From a virus (Duplodnaviria > Caudoviricetes): a stretch of 25,885 nucleotides of DNA. The notes beneath the pieces were generated by a model. The model did no database searches and was not told the origin of the DNA. It saw nothing but the letters and a program-made list of their open reading frames with translations. Positions 23,780 to 25,885 of this stretch are shown here, piece after piece. The translations under genes were made by a program, and so were the position numbers. Positions within the stretch are counted from its first letter, which is position 1. The number at the start of each line of letters is the position of its first letter. Where the stretch lies: positions 1-25,885 of IMG/VR virus record IMGVR_UViG_3300046717_000057; one strand, written 5' to 3'.

Positions 23780-24051
23780 GGTAGCGCCCTTCCGATAACT
23801 TCCTTAAACAGCATTGATTTGCCGTTGCCGTTTGGCCCTTGCCGACAATCGCGGATGTCCGTCACCAGCTTGCTGATGAGTTCAAGCTGCGTCTTGCTGC
23901 GTTCAGTGACGTTGTTTGAAATTTCGCCAAGCACATAAGCTGCCAGACCCAGAAAGCCGACGTTGACGATGAGCAGCGCAATCGCCAGCGGCGTAGATTT
24001 CATCGCCTCGATGGCGCTGCTGGCGACCTTGCCCGTTACCTCGACCGGCAT
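23776..24051 (-). CDS. Small single-TM protein with coiled coil (holin- or spanin-like)
   Basis: TM segment PLAIALLIVNVGFLGLAAYVL, then an amphipathic helix and a Cys. ATGA overlap with the RlpA-like gene. Confidence 0.65.
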   Translation of the reverse strand: MPVEVTGKVASSAIEAMKSTPLAIALLIVNVGFLGLAAYVLGEISNNVTERSKTQLELISKLVTDIRDCRQGPNGNGKSMLFKEVIGRALP

Positions 24052-24060
24052 GCGCGGTGT

Positions 24061-24225
24061 TCATTCCTTTTTGGTTGGCGGCGGCACATAGGGATCGGGC
24101 ACGCCACCGTCAGCGAGCCATTGTTCGTACTCAGCACGATCACGGTTGGCGGGATCGTTCGGAATGAATGCCTGATCGGCTGTGCGGATGACGACATCGT
24201 TTTGTGTGAGTTGATAGTCTGACAT
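24061..24225 (-). CDS. Small tail-fibre-associated (chaperone-like) protein, copy A (54 aa; not in ORF track)
   Basis: [59 protein letters not shown] overlap with the fibre gene and paralogous to 25289-25486. Confidence 0.85.
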   Translation of the reverse strand: MSDYQLTQNDVVIRTADQAFIPNDPANRDRAEYEQWLADGGVPDPYVPPPTKKE

Positions 24226-24239
24226 CACAGCCTCGCGTC
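24128..24239. repeat. Direct repeat with 25389-25500 (fibre C-terminal DARL plus chaperone gene)
   Basis: Gap-free alignment at offset 1261, for example TACTCAGCACGATCACGGTTGGCGGG and GTGAGTTGATAGTCTG. Confidence 0.9.
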
Positions 24240-25286
24240 CATAGTCAGGGTCGTTAAAGCGCGTGTTGCCTGATATACAAACGGGCTAATTGCGCTTGGG
24301 CCGTTGATAGTGAACCCCGTACCGCCGCCGGTAAAAGTTGGTATAACTCTCATTTCAGGCGCTAAAAAAATTGACTGACCGGCAACTGCCACATCGACAA
24401 CGCAAGTCATTTTTTGAAAATACCGCTTGCACGTCACCAACTCCTGATCGTAACTCCGCATCACATTCGGCGACTGTGCGGCGGTCGGAGCTTGGGTGCC
24501 GGGGAGGACGACAAGACCAGTGAGATACATATAATCGGTTGTCGAAGCTACACCGTTGGTCGTTCCCGTAACCCCAAGATAACCACCAGACACCCACGCA
24601 TTGGCTGGCGCGGTTTGGCCGCTGCCACACATCAGGGCAATGGAGACAGTCAATCCAATCGTATTGTCTTTCGCCCATGTGCCGGTGGTGTCGCCGGGGA
24701 TGCTGACGGTTTTGTATTCCCACGCTCCTACGGCATTCATCGTGAATGAGAACGGATATGCTCTATCGGCGGCACCATTTCTTATTGATCCAGAAAACGC
24801 GCCGGTTCGATTTGTGGCAACCCAAAAGCTGACCGTTATCGGCTGTGCGGCTGCTGTCCCCCAAGCCAATCTGCTAACTCGATAACCTTCGATAGGCTGA
24901 TAAAAGAAACAATAGTTTCCGGCTGCCGGGCTTGCATTGGCCGTGCTCACGGAAACGTAGGCAGATTTAACAAATCCGGCAGGACCATTTGGTTGCTGCG
25001 ATACCGGCAGCACTTGAGCACCACTTGTTCCCAGCATCCAGCCATCAAGAATGTATTTGGTGCTACTCACCACCACGGCAGAAGTGCCATTCTCCTGACT
25101 GACCTCCATTCCGCCGTTGACCTGTATGCCACTGTACGCCATCGCATCGAACGGGGCGTAGATGACGCCGCTGCTGCTCGACACCGCCCACTTTTCGCCG
25201 TCCCATTTATAGACCGGCTGACCGACCACCGGCGGCGATGGATAAAGCTGGCCAATGCTGGGTGAAATGGGAAAATCTAGCGCCAT
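24225..25286 (-). CDS. Tail fibre / receptor-binding protein A
   Basis: MALDFPISPSIGQLY...YKWDGEKW anchor, NGGMEVSQENG, beta-rich Thr/Ser/Gly body, RSYDQELVTCKRYFQ and terminal DARL. AGGAG RBS before ATG at 25286. Confidence 0.8.
   Translation of the reverse strand: MALDFPISPSIGQLYPSPPVVGQPVYKWDGEKWAVSSSSGVIYAPFDAMAYSGIQVNGGMEVSQENGTSAVVVSSTKYILDGWMLGTSGAQVLPVSQQPNGPAGFVKSAYVSVSTANASPAAGNYCFFYQPIEGYRVSRLAWGTAAAQPITVSFWVATNRTGAFSGSIRNGAADRAYPFSFTMNAVGAWEYKTVSIPGDTTGTWAKDNTIGLTVSIALMCGSGQTAPANAWVSGGYLGVTGTTNGVASTTDYMYLTGLVVLPGTQAPTAAQSPNVMRSYDQELVTCKRYFQKMTCVVDVAVAGQSIFLAPEMRVIPTFTGGGTGFTINGPSAISPFVYQATRALTTLTMDARL
24442..24495. repeat. Direct repeat with 25832-25885 (junction before variable tip)
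   Basis: TCCTGATCG....CCGCATCACATTC..CGACTG.GCGGCGGT.GGAGCTTGG occurs at both loci (offset 1390). Confidence 0.85.
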
Positions 25287-25288
25287 GG

Positions 25289-25486
25289 TCAGGCTCCTCG
25301 CGATTTTTTGCTGGTTGTTTCCGGTGCAGGTTTTGCCGCGCTGCTTGTCGCAGGATCGGGCGTGTTGCCTTGCGCCAGCCACGCTTCATACTCAGCACGA
25401 TCACGGTTGGCGGGGTCGTTCGGAATGAACGCCTGATCGGCGGTGCGGACAACGATGTCGGTTGTGGTGAGTTGATAGTCTGCCAT
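25289..25486 (-). CDS. Small tail-fibre-associated (chaperone-like) protein, copy B
   Basis: [45 protein letters not shown]... with a TAATG overlap with the upstream fibre gene. Confidence 0.85.
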   Translation of the reverse strand: MADYQLTTTDIVVRTADQAFIPNDPANRDRAEYEAWLAQGNTPDPATSSAAKPAPETTSKKSRGA

Positions 25487-25885
25487 TAGAGCCTCGCGTC
25501 TGCGACCCAGTGTGCCGACAAAAGATAAGTTGTTCCTGACGCAATTTGTGCTGTAATCATCCCGCCGCGCTCGTTGATAGCAAGGATAGTAGCGGGCCAA
25601 GGACCGCTTTGTGAATTGTCCCAAACCGTCCCTGCTGTTCCGTTCGTCGTTCCATAAGATGTGAGAGTTGGTGCTGCTCTTTTCGGAATGAACTGCATCC
25701 CAAGCCCAACGGTAGTTGTTACAGGGACACTCGCTCCATAATATATAGCCGCACCACCAAGACCTGTGGCCGTTCCGGGCCTTACCGCATAAGGATAACT
25801 CTTTTCATAGTATCGTTGGCACATCAGCAATTCCTGATCGAACGGCCGCATCACATTCATCGACTGCGCGGCGGTGGGAGCTTGG
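25486..25885 (-). CDS. Tail fibre / receptor-binding protein B, C-terminal part (truncated by window edge)
   Basis: [30 protein letters not shown]...HWVADARL, paralogous to the junction and terminus of fibre A. Confidence 0.8.
   Translation of the reverse strand, partial: QAPTAAQSMNVMRPFDQELLMCQRYYEKSYPYAVRPGTATGLGGAAIYYGASVPVTTTVGLGMQFIPKRAAPTLTSYGTTNGTAGTVWDNSQSGPWPATILAINERGGMITAQIASGTTYLLSAHWVADARL

Larger units (their letters stand above)
1..25885. mobile_element. Temperate podovirus-like phage genome segment
   Basis: xis-int-att plus a near-complete head/short-tail module with no tape measure, tube or sheath genes. No host housekeeping genes. Confidence 0.92.

Noticed and set aside
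24225-25885. Diversity-generating retroelement or shufflon
   Set aside because: No reverse transcriptase or invertase in the window. Repeats are direct, mismatches are not adenine-specific, and the tips differ in length.

Overview
The whole window reads as part of one temperate, podovirus-like phage, probably of an alphaproteobacterial host (inferred from high GC and motif style, not proven). At the left end are an excisionase and a tyrosine integrase on the + strand, followed by an apparently intact attP. Its core is the 5' half of a tRNA-Pro(UGG), flanked on both sides by CCGACAGCAAA arm-type repeats. An accessory region (about 1.6-3.9 kb) holds small genes, including a coiled-coil protein with an FtsZ C-terminal-peptide-like motif and two peptides missed by the ORF track. 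The rest is one tightly coupled minus-strand late operon. In transcription order it runs: two tandem tail-fibre/chaperone cassettes, a lysis-like cluster with an RlpA-like protein, large terminase, portal, scaffold, major capsid, adaptor, nozzle, two GNAT-like proteins, ejection proteins (one with an amidase), and an exported M15-like peptidase. No replication, repressor or small-terminase genes are recognisable in the window. All product calls come from motifs read by eye and from synteny; no database searches were run.
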